This document shows positions 1 through 9,342 of a stretch of 64,000 nucleotides of DNA, in pieces. The notes beneath the pieces are model-generated. The model did no database searches, was not told the origin of the DNA, and worked only from the letters and a program-made list of their open reading frames with translations. The position numbers were made by a program, and so were the translations under genes. Position 1 is the stretch's first letter. Each line of letters opens with the position of its first letter. The stretch covers positions 45,132-109,131 of the forward strand of contig CAJWLU010000012.1 in assembly GCA_913043225.1 (NCBI GenBank), written 5' to 3'. This DNA comes from an uncultured Acidobacteriota bacterium (GTDB lineage Bacteria; Acidobacteriota; Vicinamibacteria; Vicinamibacterales; UBA8438).

Positions 1-945
1 GCCGTCCAGCCGGGCGAGAAGGTCCGGTCCCGACTGCCCGGGAAACGCCACGTTGAGCGTGTTTGGCAGCCGCCGTTCTGGATGGCCGTTGAGCACCATC
101 CGGTTTCCGAATTGCGTCGCGAGTGCGTCCCAGAACCGATCGCGCAGTGTTCGCAGGTGTTCGTAGCAGGGGGCGGTCGTGGCTAGACGGCACGCTGCGC
201 CTAGCCCGCTTGCCAGAAGCGCGCTTTCCGTGCCGGCCCGCCGCCCCTGTTCGTGTCCGCCGCCGTCAATCAGCGGTGGCAGCGAGATCGCGCGGCGGAT
301 GAACAGCGCTCCAACGCCTTTCGGCGCGTACAGCTTGTGTCCGGCCAGACTCAGCAGATCGACGCCAAGTTCGTCCACACGAGTCGGAATCTTGCCGACC
401 GACTGCGCCGCGTCCGTGTGGCAGAGGGCGCCGTGCGCGTGTGCGATCGCCGCGATTTCAGCGATCGGCTGGATGGTGCCCACCTCGTTGTTCGCGTGCA
501 TGACCGACACGAGCACGGTCTCTGGCGTCAGCGCGGCCTTGATGTCAGCCGGGTCCACCAAGCCGTGGTGATCGACGCCGACAATGGTCACGCGTGCTCC
601 GAGTTGCTTGAGGTAGCGGCACGGTTCGAGGATGGCCGGATGTTCGATAGCGCTCGTGACCACGTGGGTGCGCGTCGGGTCGCGGCCGGCGAGCATTCCC
701 TTGATCACATGGTTGTTCGCCTCGCTGCCGCCGCTGGTCAGGACGACCTCGCCTGTCTCACAGCCCAACAGTGTGGCGATGTCGGCTCTCGCCGCGTCGA
801 CCGCCCCGCGGGCTGGCCGTCCGGCCCAGTGATCGCTGGACGGATTGCCGAAGCCCATGTCCAGTAGGGGGCGCATGGCGGCCGCCACCTCGGGTGCGAT
901 CGGGGTGCTGGCGTTATAGTCGAGGTAGATCTGGGCTGGTGTCAC
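1..945 (-). CDS. iscS: Cysteine desulfurase (IscS/NifS-type class V aminotransferase), 3' end runs off the window
   Basis: Minus-strand translation from GTG 945: VTPAQIYLDYNASTPIAPEV...GFGNPSS, later HTDAAQSVGK, KLYAPKGVG and RAGTE; absent from the ORF track because there is no stop in the window. Confidence 0.85.
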   Translation of the reverse strand, partial: MTPAQIYLDYNASTPIAPEVAAAMRPLLDMGFGNPSSDHWAGRPARGAVDAARADIATLLGCETGEVVLTSGGSEANNHVIKGMLAGRDPTRTHVVTSAIEHPAILEPCRYLKQLGARVTIVGVDHHGLVDPADIKAALTPETVLVSVMHANNEVGTIQPIAEIAAIAHAHGALCHTDAAQSVGKIPTRVDELGVDLLSLAGHKLYAPKGVGALFIRRAISLPPLIDGGGHEQGRRAGTESALLASGLGAACRLATTAPCYEHLRTLRDRFWDALATQFGNRMVLNGHPERRLPNTLNVAFPGQSGPDLLARLDG

Positions 946-1150
946 GTGTGCTCCGCGTTCGCGAGTGGGGAACGTGAGGCCTCCCACCGCCGGTCTACCC
1001 GCTGCCGTCGTCGGGCGAATAGACCCGACCGACCGGCGTATCTAACGTCAGAACGGCGTGGTCACCCGGCGCCTCACCGGCGGACGACGTCCATTCTACG
1101 CCCGCACGGCGGAGTAATATGCAGTTGTGTGCCGGTACTCCATAACGTCC

Positions 1151-2623
1151 GTGACTCAGTTCTTTCGCTCTTACTGCATTCGTCGAGTCTTTCTGGTGGT
1201 GCTGCTTGCGTGGGGCGGCGCGACCTTCGCGCTCGCGCAGCCTGACGTCGAACTGCCGGTCAGTAACGAGATCGACCTCTTCATGGAGCGCGTGCTCGAC
1301 AACCGCGATGCCGCCTGGCGGCGCCTCGAGGGTTTTCTGCTGCAAGAGGTCGAAACTTTCGAGGTAGAGGCGCCCCTCGGAGTGCCCCTGTCGGGGTTCC
1401 TTCGCGAGTACGAGTGGTATGTCCGTGACGACACTGTGGTGCGTAGCCCCGTGCGGTTCGACGGCGTCGAGCTCGACGCCGACGCCCGGCGCAGCTATGA
1501 AGAGGAGTGGCTGGAGCGCGAGCAACGGGAGCGCGGTCGGCGCGCTGGTCGGCGCCGGGGCATTAGCCGCCGCAGCCAGGAAGACAATATCCGCATCACG
1601 ATTGAACGCAGCTGGGGCGGCACGGTCGACGAGACTCTACTGGCGCGGATCGCCGCGGATGCCGATTTCCTCGGGCACGACCTGGCGGCGGTCGCCCTGA
1701 ACACTGGAGCCATCCTCGATGCGCTGGGCGGAGTCGAGGCCGTCGGGTTTATCGACGCGGTCGAACAGACCCGCCTGCTGTTCGTGATGCTCGACGAGGA
1801 GCGGCTGAGCGTCGACGAGGTCGCACGAGCCTTACGCCGTCCCTTGCTGGCATTGGTCGATCAGCTCGATCTGGTCGAGGCCGAAGGGGACGACGCGCTT
1901 GCCGGGCTGGTCGAACTGGCGACTTTGGCCGAGGCGGCTGGTGTCGACGGACGCCAGGTGGGCACCTACCTTGGCCAGGCCGCGGACCGACTCGAAGCCA
2001 CGCACCCAACGACGGCTCAGGTGCTTGCCTCGCTTCGGGCGGCTCTGCCCGTAGCTGAGTTGGGAGATGTTGCTGAGGACGCGCTTCCTGGTGTCGAGGA
2101 AAGCTTGATCGACGCAGCGCGCATCGAACCTAGCTTCATTTCCGTGCCGGGCTTCATGGAGTTTACCTTCGAGCCGGGCAACTACTACTTCGCGGGTCGC
2201 GAAACGCTGGCTGGACGTGAGGTTGTGCGGGTCGAGTACTACCCGACTGACATGTTCGACGATCGGGTCGATAATGACCGGTCCGAGCGTGCACGCGAGA
2301 TCGACGAAGGGTTCAACAAGACTTCGCTGGTGACGCTGTGGATCGATCCGACTCAACATCAAATCGTTAAGCAGACATTCGACAACACAGGAATGGGTTT
2401 TCTGCCGGGCCGTTGGTTGGTCCGGTTCGACGGAATGTCGGCCACCATGGAGATGGGGCAGCCGCTGCGAGACATCTGGCTCCCTCTTCAGCTGACTGTG
2501 GTGGGCGAGGTTTCGACTGCGCTTGGCGATTTCGATGTGCGCTTTACACAGGTGTTCGACGAATACCGCGAGACGGTGACCGGTGGCCGGCTCATCGATG
2601 TCGGGGCGTCCGGTGTTCGCTGA
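1151..2623 (+). CDS. Secreted hypothetical protein
   Basis: 498-codon ORF, signal peptide ending ALA-Q, beta-rich N- and C-terminal parts around a helical middle; start uncertain (1127 or 1151). Confidence 0.7.
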   Translation: MTQFFRSYCIRRVFLVVLLAWGGATFALAQPDVELPVSNEIDLFMERVLDNRDAAWRRLEGFLLQEVETFEVEAPLGVPLSGFLREYEWYVRDDTVVRSPVRFDGVELDADARRSYEEEWLEREQRERGRRAGRRRGISRRSQEDNIRITIERSWGGTVDETLLARIAADADFLGHDLAAVALNTGAILDALGGVEAVGFIDAVEQTRLLFVMLDEERLSVDEVARALRRPLLALVDQLDLVEAEGDDALAGLVELATLAEAAGVDGRQVGTYLGQAADRLEATHPTTAQVLASLRAALPVAELGDVAEDALPGVEESLIDAARIEPSFISVPGFMEFTFEPGNYYFAGRETLAGREVVRVEYYPTDMFDDRVDNDRSERAREIDEGFNKTSLVTLWIDPTQHQIVKQTFDNTGMGFLPGRWLVRFDGMSATMEMGQPLRDIWLPLQLTVVGEVSTALGDFDVRFTQVFDEYRETVTGGRLIDVGASGVR

Positions 2624-3890
2624 ACGGTTCTGGCGACACATCCTGACCCGTGCCGCCCTCGGCTGCGCGCTAAGCGGCGGCGTGGCCTTCGCCCAGCCGT
2701 CGGCAGGAACCGAGGTGGTCACCGAGCTTCGGGTGCACGGTAACTACTCCATCGAGGATACCGAGATCCTCGCGCTGGCCGCGATCGCTGTGGGTGATCG
2801 GCTCGAGCCTGGGAGCGAGACGGCGATCGTCGAGCGTCTCCAGGCGAGCGGCTGGTTCGACCAGGTAGAGGTACGGAAGCGTTATACGTCACTTAGTCAG
2901 AGCGACCGGATCGCGCTGATCCTGCTCGTGACCGAACGCCCCGCGGCCAGCGTGGCCAATCCGGTCTTGCGGACGCTGGCCCGTGTGTCCCAACAGGCGC
3001 TGTTCCTACCCGTCCTGCGTTATGACGAGGGGCTAGGCATGACCTACGGCGCACGGTTCCGCCTCGTCGACGTGCTGGGCGAGGGAGGGACCGTAGCGAT
3101 CCCGTTGACGGTTGGCGGCCGCAGGGAAGCGGCGCTGGAGGTGGAGAAAGAGCTGGACCGAGGACTGCTCGACCGATTGCGCGCGGGTGTTTCGTTCGCC
3201 CGACAGGAGAACCAGCACTTCCGTCTCGACGATCGACGGAATGAGGTCTGGGTGGGCGCCGACCGCACGCTGTTCCCGTTCGTTCGCGTCTCGGCTGATG
3301 CGCGCTGGAGCGACATCGACTTCGGCGGCGTCGATGACCAGGCCACTACCTACCGAGCTGGGGTCGAGCTAGACACGCGACGTAATCCAGGGTTCCCGCG
3401 TGACGCGGTCTATGTACGGGCAGGGTGGAGTTGGCTCGATAGCCTGGCCGCACCGGCCGTGATCGACCGGCCAGAGCTGGACGCCCGCGGGTATTTGGCG
3501 CTGGTCGGACAGAGCGTGCTCGCCCTTCGGGCGCAGTATGTAGGGGCGAGTGCCGGGCTGCCTGGCTACGCCCAGCCGCTGCTCGGCGGCGTTGGGTCGG
3601 TGCGGGGCCACAGCGTCGGCGCGCGCGCCGGCAACCGGCTCGCGGTTGGTTCTCTTGAACTCCGTGTGCCGATTAGCTCGCCGTTCAGCTTTGGTCGGGC
3701 CGGGCTGCGCGCGTTTGTCGACACCGGTGCGGTGTTCGGCGTCGACCAGTCGATTCGCAAGGCGCGATTCAGTCGCGGTGTGGGCGGGGGGCTCTTTCTG
3801 AGCGCCGCGATTTTCACGTTGCAGATCGACGTGGCGCACAACACCGTGAGCCGCGCTCGCGTCCACGTGTCGACCAGCGTCAGCTTCTGA
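2613..3890 (+). CDS. Omp85 (BamA/TamA-family) outer-membrane protein with one POTRA domain
   Basis: Signal peptide, POTRA-like VTELRVHGN...RLQASGWFDQV, barrel motifs DTRRNPGFP, LGG..SVRGH (VRGF-like), ELRVP, FVDTG, C-terminal Phe. Confidence 0.8.
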   Translation: MFAERFWRHILTRAALGCALSGGVAFAQPSAGTEVVTELRVHGNYSIEDTEILALAAIAVGDRLEPGSETAIVERLQASGWFDQVEVRKRYTSLSQSDRIALILLVTERPAASVANPVLRTLARVSQQALFLPVLRYDEGLGMTYGARFRLVDVLGEGGTVAIPLTVGGRREAALEVEKELDRGLLDRLRAGVSFARQENQHFRLDDRRNEVWVGADRTLFPFVRVSADARWSDIDFGGVDDQATTYRAGVELDTRRNPGFPRDAVYVRAGWSWLDSLAAPAVIDRPELDARGYLALVGQSVLALRAQYVGASAGLPGYAQPLLGGVGSVRGHSVGARAGNRLAVGSLELRVPISSPFSFGRAGLRAFVDTGAVFGVDQSIRKARFSRGVGGGLFLSAAIFTLQIDVAHNTVSRARVHVSTSVSF

Positions 3891-3908
3891 CCGAGCGGGG
3901 CGGCCTGG

Positions 3909-4886
3909 TCACGGCACGTGGAACAGGGTGAGCGTGTCCGCGCCGGCCGCCAGGACGATGTCGTCGACGAGCGCCACCGTGCGGGTCGGCGCGCTGTGAC
4001 TCGCGACCACAAAGGGGTGGCTCGGGTCGGCGACGTCGATAACTGTTAGGCCACCCCGTCCCTGGGCGAGATAGAGGAGGTCGTCCCGCGCGGTAAGCTG
4101 GACGACCCGGCCGGCGGGTTGATAGCTCCCGACCCGGGCCGGTGCCGCTACGTCGGTCAGGTTCACGATCTCGACCAACGCCGTGGCCCCGTCGGCGATG
4201 AAGGCGGTGCGGGTGGCCGGCGCGACCGTGACCAGCTGCGTTGTCTCGCCTTCGGCGAAGTGGATGCTAGTTTCCTGCGGATCAGCAGGCGCGTCGATGC
4301 CGACCACGTGCAGGCCGTCGGGCTGGTCGGCCACCAGCCCGAGACCTGGGAGTCCGATCACGTCGCGGGAGTAGCCACCGGTCAGCCACTCGCTGAGCAT
4401 GACGGGCATCGTGGGTTTGCTGACGTCGAAGACGTTCAGTCCGGTCTGATTGTTGGTGGTTAGCACGAGCTGTCCGGCCATCGCCACTGAGACGGTCTGG
4501 CCCTGACTCACCACTTCGTAGGACCCGGCCACCTGCGGCTGATCCGGATCGTCGAGCGTCACCACCACGAGTCCGATGAACCCGTTCGCCAGATAGGCCC
4601 GGTCGCCGTCGACGACTACATCCCAGACGCGGTCGGTGAGCTCGAGCTGGCCCCGGACCCGCGGTTCAGTCAGATCTGAGAGGTCTAGCACGGTCAGTGT
4701 CGAGCCGTTTCCGGCGACCCCCAGCGGGCCGTCGGCGTGTACCACGGCCGCCGTTAGCGGCAAGGTGGCCACAGGCGTGAGCGTCGATTGGGCCGCAGCC
4801 GGCGCGGTGAGGAGCAGCAAGCCGAGCCACGTGCCATGGCCGAACCGGGATCGGGCGGCGCCCAGACAGCGATGAGGGGCATACAT
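3909..4886 (-). CDS. Secreted LVIVD-repeat beta-propeller protein
   Basis: Repeated G-L-x-V-x-D-x-x-D-P-x-x-P units; signal peptide ending AAA-Q. Confidence 0.8.
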   Translation of the reverse strand: MYAPHRCLGAARSRFGHGTWLGLLLLTAPAAAQSTLTPVATLPLTAAVVHADGPLGVAGNGSTLTVLDLSDLTEPRVRGQLELTDRVWDVVVDGDRAYLANGFIGLVVVTLDDPDQPQVAGSYEVVSQGQTVSVAMAGQLVLTTNNQTGLNVFDVSKPTMPVMLSEWLTGGYSRDVIGLPGLGLVADQPDGLHVVGIDAPADPQETSIHFAEGETTQLVTVAPATRTAFIADGATALVEIVNLTDVAAPARVGSYQPAGRVVQLTARDDLLYLAQGRGGLTVIDVADPSHPFVVASHSAPTRTVALVDDIVLAAGADTLTLFHVP

Positions 4887-4933
4887 GCGGGGCATTCGAC
4901 CATACCGGGCGCGGTTCCAGCAATGGCGGACGG

Positions 4934-4939
4934 TATAAT
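4934..4939 (+). promoter_or_regulatory. -10 box (TATAAT) of the HAD gene
   Basis: Perfect TATAAT in GC-rich DNA 11 nt before ATG 4951; no Shine-Dalgarno. Confidence 0.55.
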
Positions 4940-4950
4940 CCGCCTTCGGT

Positions 4951-5610
4951 ATGCGTCCCTTTTCGACCTTTCTGTTCGACCTCGACGGCACGCTGATCGA
5001 CTCCGAGGCACTCATCATGGCCTCGTTCCGTCACACCATGCGCACCCATCTCGGCGCGGTGCCGCCCGACGAGTCGTGGCGGGCCGGCTTTGGTACGCCG
5101 CTGCGGCCGCAGCTGGCCAAGTTTGCCGATGGCCCAGAGCAGGTTCTGGCGATGACCGCCACCTACCGGGCCCATAATCTCGAGCATCACGACCGGCTCG
5201 TGCAGTCCTTCGACGGCATCCGTGCCGTAGCCGAGACGTTGCTCACCCAGGGGATGCGGCTGGCCATCGTTACCAGTAAGAATCGGGTGGCGAGCGAGCG
5301 TGGCCTGCGGCACTGCGAGCTGGACCACTTGTTCACCGTGCGGATCACGTCTGACGATGTGGTCGAACACAAACCCAAGCCGGCGCCGGTGCTGGCGGCC
5401 CTCGAGGCGCTGGGCAGCGCCGCGGAAGAGACCGTTTTCATCGGTGATTCGCCGGCAGACTGTGAGGCGGGCCGGGCCGCCGGTGTGAGCACGGCCGCCG
5501 TGCTCTGGGGCCCGTTCACGCGGGAGCGTCTGGCGCCGCACCAGCCGGATTACTGGCTCCAGACGCCGGACCAGATCCTGGCCCTGGCTGGGAGTAAGCA
5601 GTTGGAGTGA
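4951..5610 (+). CDS. HAD-superfamily phosphatase (PpaX/Gph-like)
   Basis: Motifs FDLDGTL, IVTSK, KPKP, FIGDSPAD. Confidence 0.9.
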   Translation: MRPFSTFLFDLDGTLIDSEALIMASFRHTMRTHLGAVPPDESWRAGFGTPLRPQLAKFADGPEQVLAMTATYRAHNLEHHDRLVQSFDGIRAVAETLLTQGMRLAIVTSKNRVASERGLRHCELDHLFTVRITSDDVVEHKPKPAPVLAALEALGSAAEETVFIGDSPADCEAGRAAGVSTAAVLWGPFTRERLAPHQPDYWLQTPDQILALAGSKQLE

Positions 5611-5616
5611 AGCGAG

Positions 5617-6054
5617 GTGAGTATGTCGATTCCCGAGGGGTATCGGAAGTTCGAGTTTATCGATCCGTTCGAAGAGCACGTCGGACCGCTCTGGTATCAG
5701 GATGGTGACGACGCTCTGCGGTTCGCGTTCAAGGCGACCGACAAGCATGCCAATACGGCGGGGCAGGTGCATGGCGGGATGCTGATGACCTTCGCCGACT
5801 TCGCCCTGTGTCTTGCGGCCATCCACGGGCTCCCGGGCGAACGCTGCGTGACGGTGTCGCTTAGTTGCGAGTTTACGGCGCCGGGCGAAGTGGGCAACCT
5901 TATCGAGTCGACGGCCGAGGTGGTCCGGCGGGGACGGTCGTTAACCTTCGTGCGCGGCGTGATCACGGCCGGCGATCGGGTGCTTCTGAGCTACAGCGGA
6001 ATCGTCAAGCGCTTGCCTCGGCCGGACGATGTTACCCGCCGGGATGATGGATAA
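5617..6054 (+). CDS. PaaI-family thioesterase (hotdog fold)
   Basis: HANTAGQVHGGMLMTFAD motif, 145 aa. Confidence 0.9.
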   Translation: MSMSIPEGYRKFEFIDPFEEHVGPLWYQDGDDALRFAFKATDKHANTAGQVHGGMLMTFADFALCLAAIHGLPGERCVTVSLSCEFTAPGEVGNLIESTAEVVRRGRSLTFVRGVITAGDRVLLSYSGIVKRLPRPDDVTRRDDG

Positions 6055-6116
6055 TGTGAGGCACCGTTAGAGTGCGGCGCGTCTTGCAGAGTGCGCGCCC
6101 AGAAAGGTTCTTCAGC

Positions 6117-8081
6117 ATGCGTCCAGCCCTCAGTCTTGTGATGGGTGTCGTGGTGATCGGAAGTCTCGCGAATCCTGCGGCGGCCCAGTACGGAGCCACC
6201 GATGGTGAGTGGCGTGCGTTTGCGGGCGATGCCGGCAGCACCAAGTATTCCTCGCTCGACCAGATCGACGCTGACAACGTCGGGTCGCTGGATATCGCGT
6301 GGCGCCGGCCGCTGGTCGATCCCTCCTACTTGGAGATGAATCCGGAACTCCGGTACTCGAACGTTTCGAGCGCGGCGCCGCTCGTCATCGACGGTGTCGG
6401 CTATGTACCGAACAGCATCGGGCTGGTCGAGGCCTTCGACGTCGAAACGGGCGAGACACTGTGGGCCCAGCCACCCTACGGCGGGATCGAAGACCTCCGG
6501 GGCGCTGGCACCCGCGGTGTGGCGTACTGGAGCGAAGGCGACGAGGAGCGGATCCTCGTCCAGCGCGGTGAGTATCTCTACGCCCTCCGCCCCGACACGG
6601 GTGCACTGTTCGACGACTTCGGCGATGGCGGTCGTGTGCATCTGACGATCGGCCTGGCCGAAGGCGCCCGTTACCGTTGGGGCGGCGCGCCCACTGTTGT
6701 CCGCGATGTGGTCGTGCTGGGACAGTCGATGTCGGACACCTTTCAGACCAAGGAGGCGATCCGGGGTGACGTCCGGGCTTTCGACGTGCGTACGGGTGAG
6801 CTGCGCTGGGTGTTCCACACCATCCCGCAGGCGGGCGAGTTCGGCACCGATACCTGGGCGGACGATTCCTACGCCTACTCCGGTCATGCCCCGGTGTGGG
6901 CGCTGTTTGCCGCCGACGAGGAACTGGGTTACGTCTACATGCCCGTGTCTTCGCCGACCAACGACATGTACGGCGGGCACCGAGGCGGCGACAATCTCTA
7001 TGGTCAGAGCATCGTCTGCGTGGACGCCACGACGGGAGAACGGGTCTGGCACTTTCAGACGGTGCACCACGGGCTGTGGGACTACGACCCGCCCGCCGCG
7101 CCGATCTTGATGGACCTCACTGTCGACGGGCGCGAGGTCAAGGCGGTCGTCCAGCTAACCAAGCAGGCCTTTGCGTTCGCCTTCGATCGGGTGAACGGGG
7201 ATCCCATCTGGCCGATCGAGGAGCGTCCGGTCCCGCAGTCGGCGGCCCCGGGAGAGCTGACCTCGCCTACGCAGCCGTTCCCCACGAAGCCGCCGCCGTT
7301 CGACCGCCAGGGCGCCACGATCGAGAACCTAATCGACTTCACCCCAGAACTGAGGGTGGAGGCGGTCGAGATCACTGATCGCTACGTCATCGGGCCGATG
7401 TTCACGCCGCCGTCGATTCGCGGAGACGGGCCGAACGACAGGCAGGGCACCATTCAGCTTCCCGGGTCGCAGGGCGGCGCGGACGTCCAGGGCGGGGCAT
7501 TCGATCCCGAGACCGGCTATCTCTATATACCGTCGATTACGTCGCCGTTTGTTGCCGACATCCTCGAGGGCAACCCAGACCGCACGAACCTGAACTACGT
7601 GAAGGGAAGTCGGCAGTGGATCGGCGGTCCCCGGGGGCTCCCGCTCTTCAAGCCGCCCTACGGTCGGATTACCGCCATCGACATGAACCGGGGAGAGATC
7701 GTCTGGATGACCCCTAACGGCGATGGCCCCCGGAACCACCCGGCCATCGCCCACCTTAATCTGGGCAAGCTTGGGGTGCCGGGGCGCCCGGCGCCGCTGC
7801 TCACCAAGACCCTGTTGTTCCTGGGAGAGGGCTCGACCAACTTACCCGGTGGGTCTCGGGTCCCCGAGGGGATGCCACCGCAGATCGTTACCAATTACGG
7901 TGGTCGTACCTTCCGGGCCTACGACAAAGCCACGGGTGACGTGATCTGGGAGACCGAACTGCCTGCTGGGACGCTGGCACCTCCGGTGACCTACATGGCC
8001 GGCGGACGGCAGTACCTGTTGGTCGCCACCGGTGATACCGACACGCCGGGCGAGACGCTCGCCTTCGCCTTGCCGCAGTAG
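6117..8081 (+). CDS. Periplasmic PQQ-dependent dehydrogenase (glucose/quinate dehydrogenase type)
   Basis: Signal peptide; GEWRAFAGD..STKYSSLDQI, WHFQTVHHGLWDYD, PIEERPVPQS, PTQPFP, PVTYMAGGRQY. Confidence 0.9.
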   Translation: MRPALSLVMGVVVIGSLANPAAAQYGATDGEWRAFAGDAGSTKYSSLDQIDADNVGSLDIAWRRPLVDPSYLEMNPELRYSNVSSAAPLVIDGVGYVPNSIGLVEAFDVETGETLWAQPPYGGIEDLRGAGTRGVAYWSEGDEERILVQRGEYLYALRPDTGALFDDFGDGGRVHLTIGLAEGARYRWGGAPTVVRDVVVLGQSMSDTFQTKEAIRGDVRAFDVRTGELRWVFHTIPQAGEFGTDTWADDSYAYSGHAPVWALFAADEELGYVYMPVSSPTNDMYGGHRGGDNLYGQSIVCVDATTGERVWHFQTVHHGLWDYDPPAAPILMDLTVDGREVKAVVQLTKQAFAFAFDRVNGDPIWPIEERPVPQSAAPGELTSPTQPFPTKPPPFDRQGATIENLIDFTPELRVEAVEITDRYVIGPMFTPPSIRGDGPNDRQGTIQLPGSQGGADVQGGAFDPETGYLYIPSITSPFVADILEGNPDRTNLNYVKGSRQWIGGPRGLPLFKPPYGRITAIDMNRGEIVWMTPNGDGPRNHPAIAHLNLGKLGVPGRPAPLLTKTLLFLGEGSTNLPGGSRVPEGMPPQIVTNYGGRTFRAYDKATGDVIWETELPAGTLAPPVTYMAGGRQYLLVATGDTDTPGETLAFALPQ

Positions 8082-8095
8082 CGCGTGGGGGTTCG

Positions 8096-8476
8096 CTAGA
8101 ACCCGCGCTTGCGGCCCCGGAGGCCTCGACGGCTCCCCTTGGGCTTCGCTGGCTTGCGATCGAAGCCCATACCGCCGCCCCCCATGGGTGGGCCGTCATC
8201 CATGAACGCGGGCTGTGACGCTCGCGGTGCCCGGTCGCGTGCTTCGCTCACACGGAGGTTTCGACCGTTCAGTTCGGCACCGTCCAGCTTTTCAATGGCT
8301 TGGGAAACGGCGGCCGCATCGCCGAACTCCACAAAAGCAAAGCCGCGCGGGCGATCTGTGGCGCGATCAACGGGGAGGAAAACCTCGGTGACCTGACCAA
8401 CCTGCCCGAACAGAGTTTCGAGCTCCGTCTGTGATGTTTCGTAACTAAGGTTACCGACGAAAATTCGTGAAGAAAT
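8096..8476 (-). CDS. Single-RRM RNA-binding protein with a Gly/basic tail; probable ATT start
   Basis: RNP2 IFVGNL, RNP1 RGFAFVEF; AGGGAGG lies 5 nt before in-frame ATT at 8476. Confidence 0.9.
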   Translation of the reverse strand: MSSRIFVGNLSYETSQTELETLFGQVGQVTEVFLPVDRATDRPRGFAFVEFGDAAAVSQAIEKLDGAELNGRNLRVSEARDRAPRASQPAFMDDGPPMGGGGMGFDRKPAKPKGSRRGLRGRKRGF

Positions 8477-8526
8477 AACTGCCTCCCTTGTCGACCCACG
8501 ATCGCGCCACACGTCACGCGTGTCTC

Positions 8527-8555
8527 AGGATACTCGACGGGCATGCCGCACACAA
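8527..8555 (-). promoter_or_regulatory. Sigma70-type promoter of the RRM gene
   Basis: TTGTGT-N17-TATCCT on the minus strand. Confidence 0.5.
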
Positions 8556-8562
8556 CTACTGC

Positions 8563-9258
8563 TCAGCCGCGACGCGTTCGGTCGGGAGAGCGCCTAAAGA
8601 GCGCAACGTTCGAGGCTGGGATTGCCAGACCCACGCCCCAGTGGGCGGCGATCCACCGGCAGGTCTCGGGGCAGAAAAAGCAGACGTGGGTCGGGTCGCG
8701 AATGTAGCGCGAGCCTACGAACCACTCGCGGGGCTCGGCCCACTGCGTCATCACCGCAAGCAGTCCGTTCGGCCTGAGCGATTTGAACAAGCGGTCCAGT
8801 TCGCCCCGCGGGTCTCGCAGATGCTCGACAACCTCGCTCGCGGTGATCACGTCGTAGCGCTGTTCCCACACCGTTGGGTCGGCCGCATAGAACGGGTCAT
8901 ACAACGACATCCGGAGCCCGCGTTCCTCCAGCATTCCGGCGAGCGTTGGGCTCGGCCCCGAACCGAAGTCCAGGCCAACAGCGTTGTGCGGGACCCGCTC
9001 GACCACCGGGTCCGCCAGACGGGCCAGGAAGCGACGGTAGCCGGCGTCGCCGGGTTCGTTCAGGTGCTGGTCGTACCGGGCGCGTTCGATGTCGGCCGAG
9101 ACCCAGGCGTCTGGGGAGACGAAGATCAGGGCGCAGCGTCTGCACCGCCAGTAGGCCCGCTGCCGGTCTCGGTGATAGGACGGCGCCCGGTCTGCACCGC
9201 AGAGGGGACACGCGGGCGGTGTGTCGTCCCTAGCGTCGCCGGAGCGGATACTCATCAA
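8563..9258 (-). CDS. Class I SAM-dependent methyltransferase with N-terminal CxxC...CxxC
   Basis: CPLC, CRRC, LDFGSGP, YDPFY, EVVEH, DPTHVCFF. Confidence 0.85.
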   Translation of the reverse strand: MMSIRSGDARDDTPPACPLCGADRAPSYHRDRQRAYWRCRRCALIFVSPDAWVSADIERARYDQHLNEPGDAGYRRFLARLADPVVERVPHNAVGLDFGSGPSPTLAGMLEERGLRMSLYDPFYAADPTVWEQRYDVITASEVVEHLRDPRGELDRLFKSLRPNGLLAVMTQWAEPREWFVGSRYIRDPTHVCFFCPETCRWIAAHWGVGLAIPASNVALFRRSPDRTRRG

Positions 9259-9274
9259 AGCAATGGTTAGATGA

Positions 9275-9297
9275 GCGGGGCGGTGTTACCGCCCCGC
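9275..9297. repeat. GC-rich intergenic inverted repeat
   Basis: GCGGGGCGGT-GTT-ACCGCCCCGC between divergent genes. Confidence 0.6.
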
Positions 9298-9342
9298 GTA
9301 GCCCAGATTCTACAACCCTCTTATCGCCGATACTGATAGCCC

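Noticed and set aside
179..867. Plus-strand ORFs 179-571 and 253-867
   Set aside because: Antisense shadows of the cysteine desulfurase gene; the same applies to most long opposite-strand ORFs, such as 52483-54342 and 50181-51272
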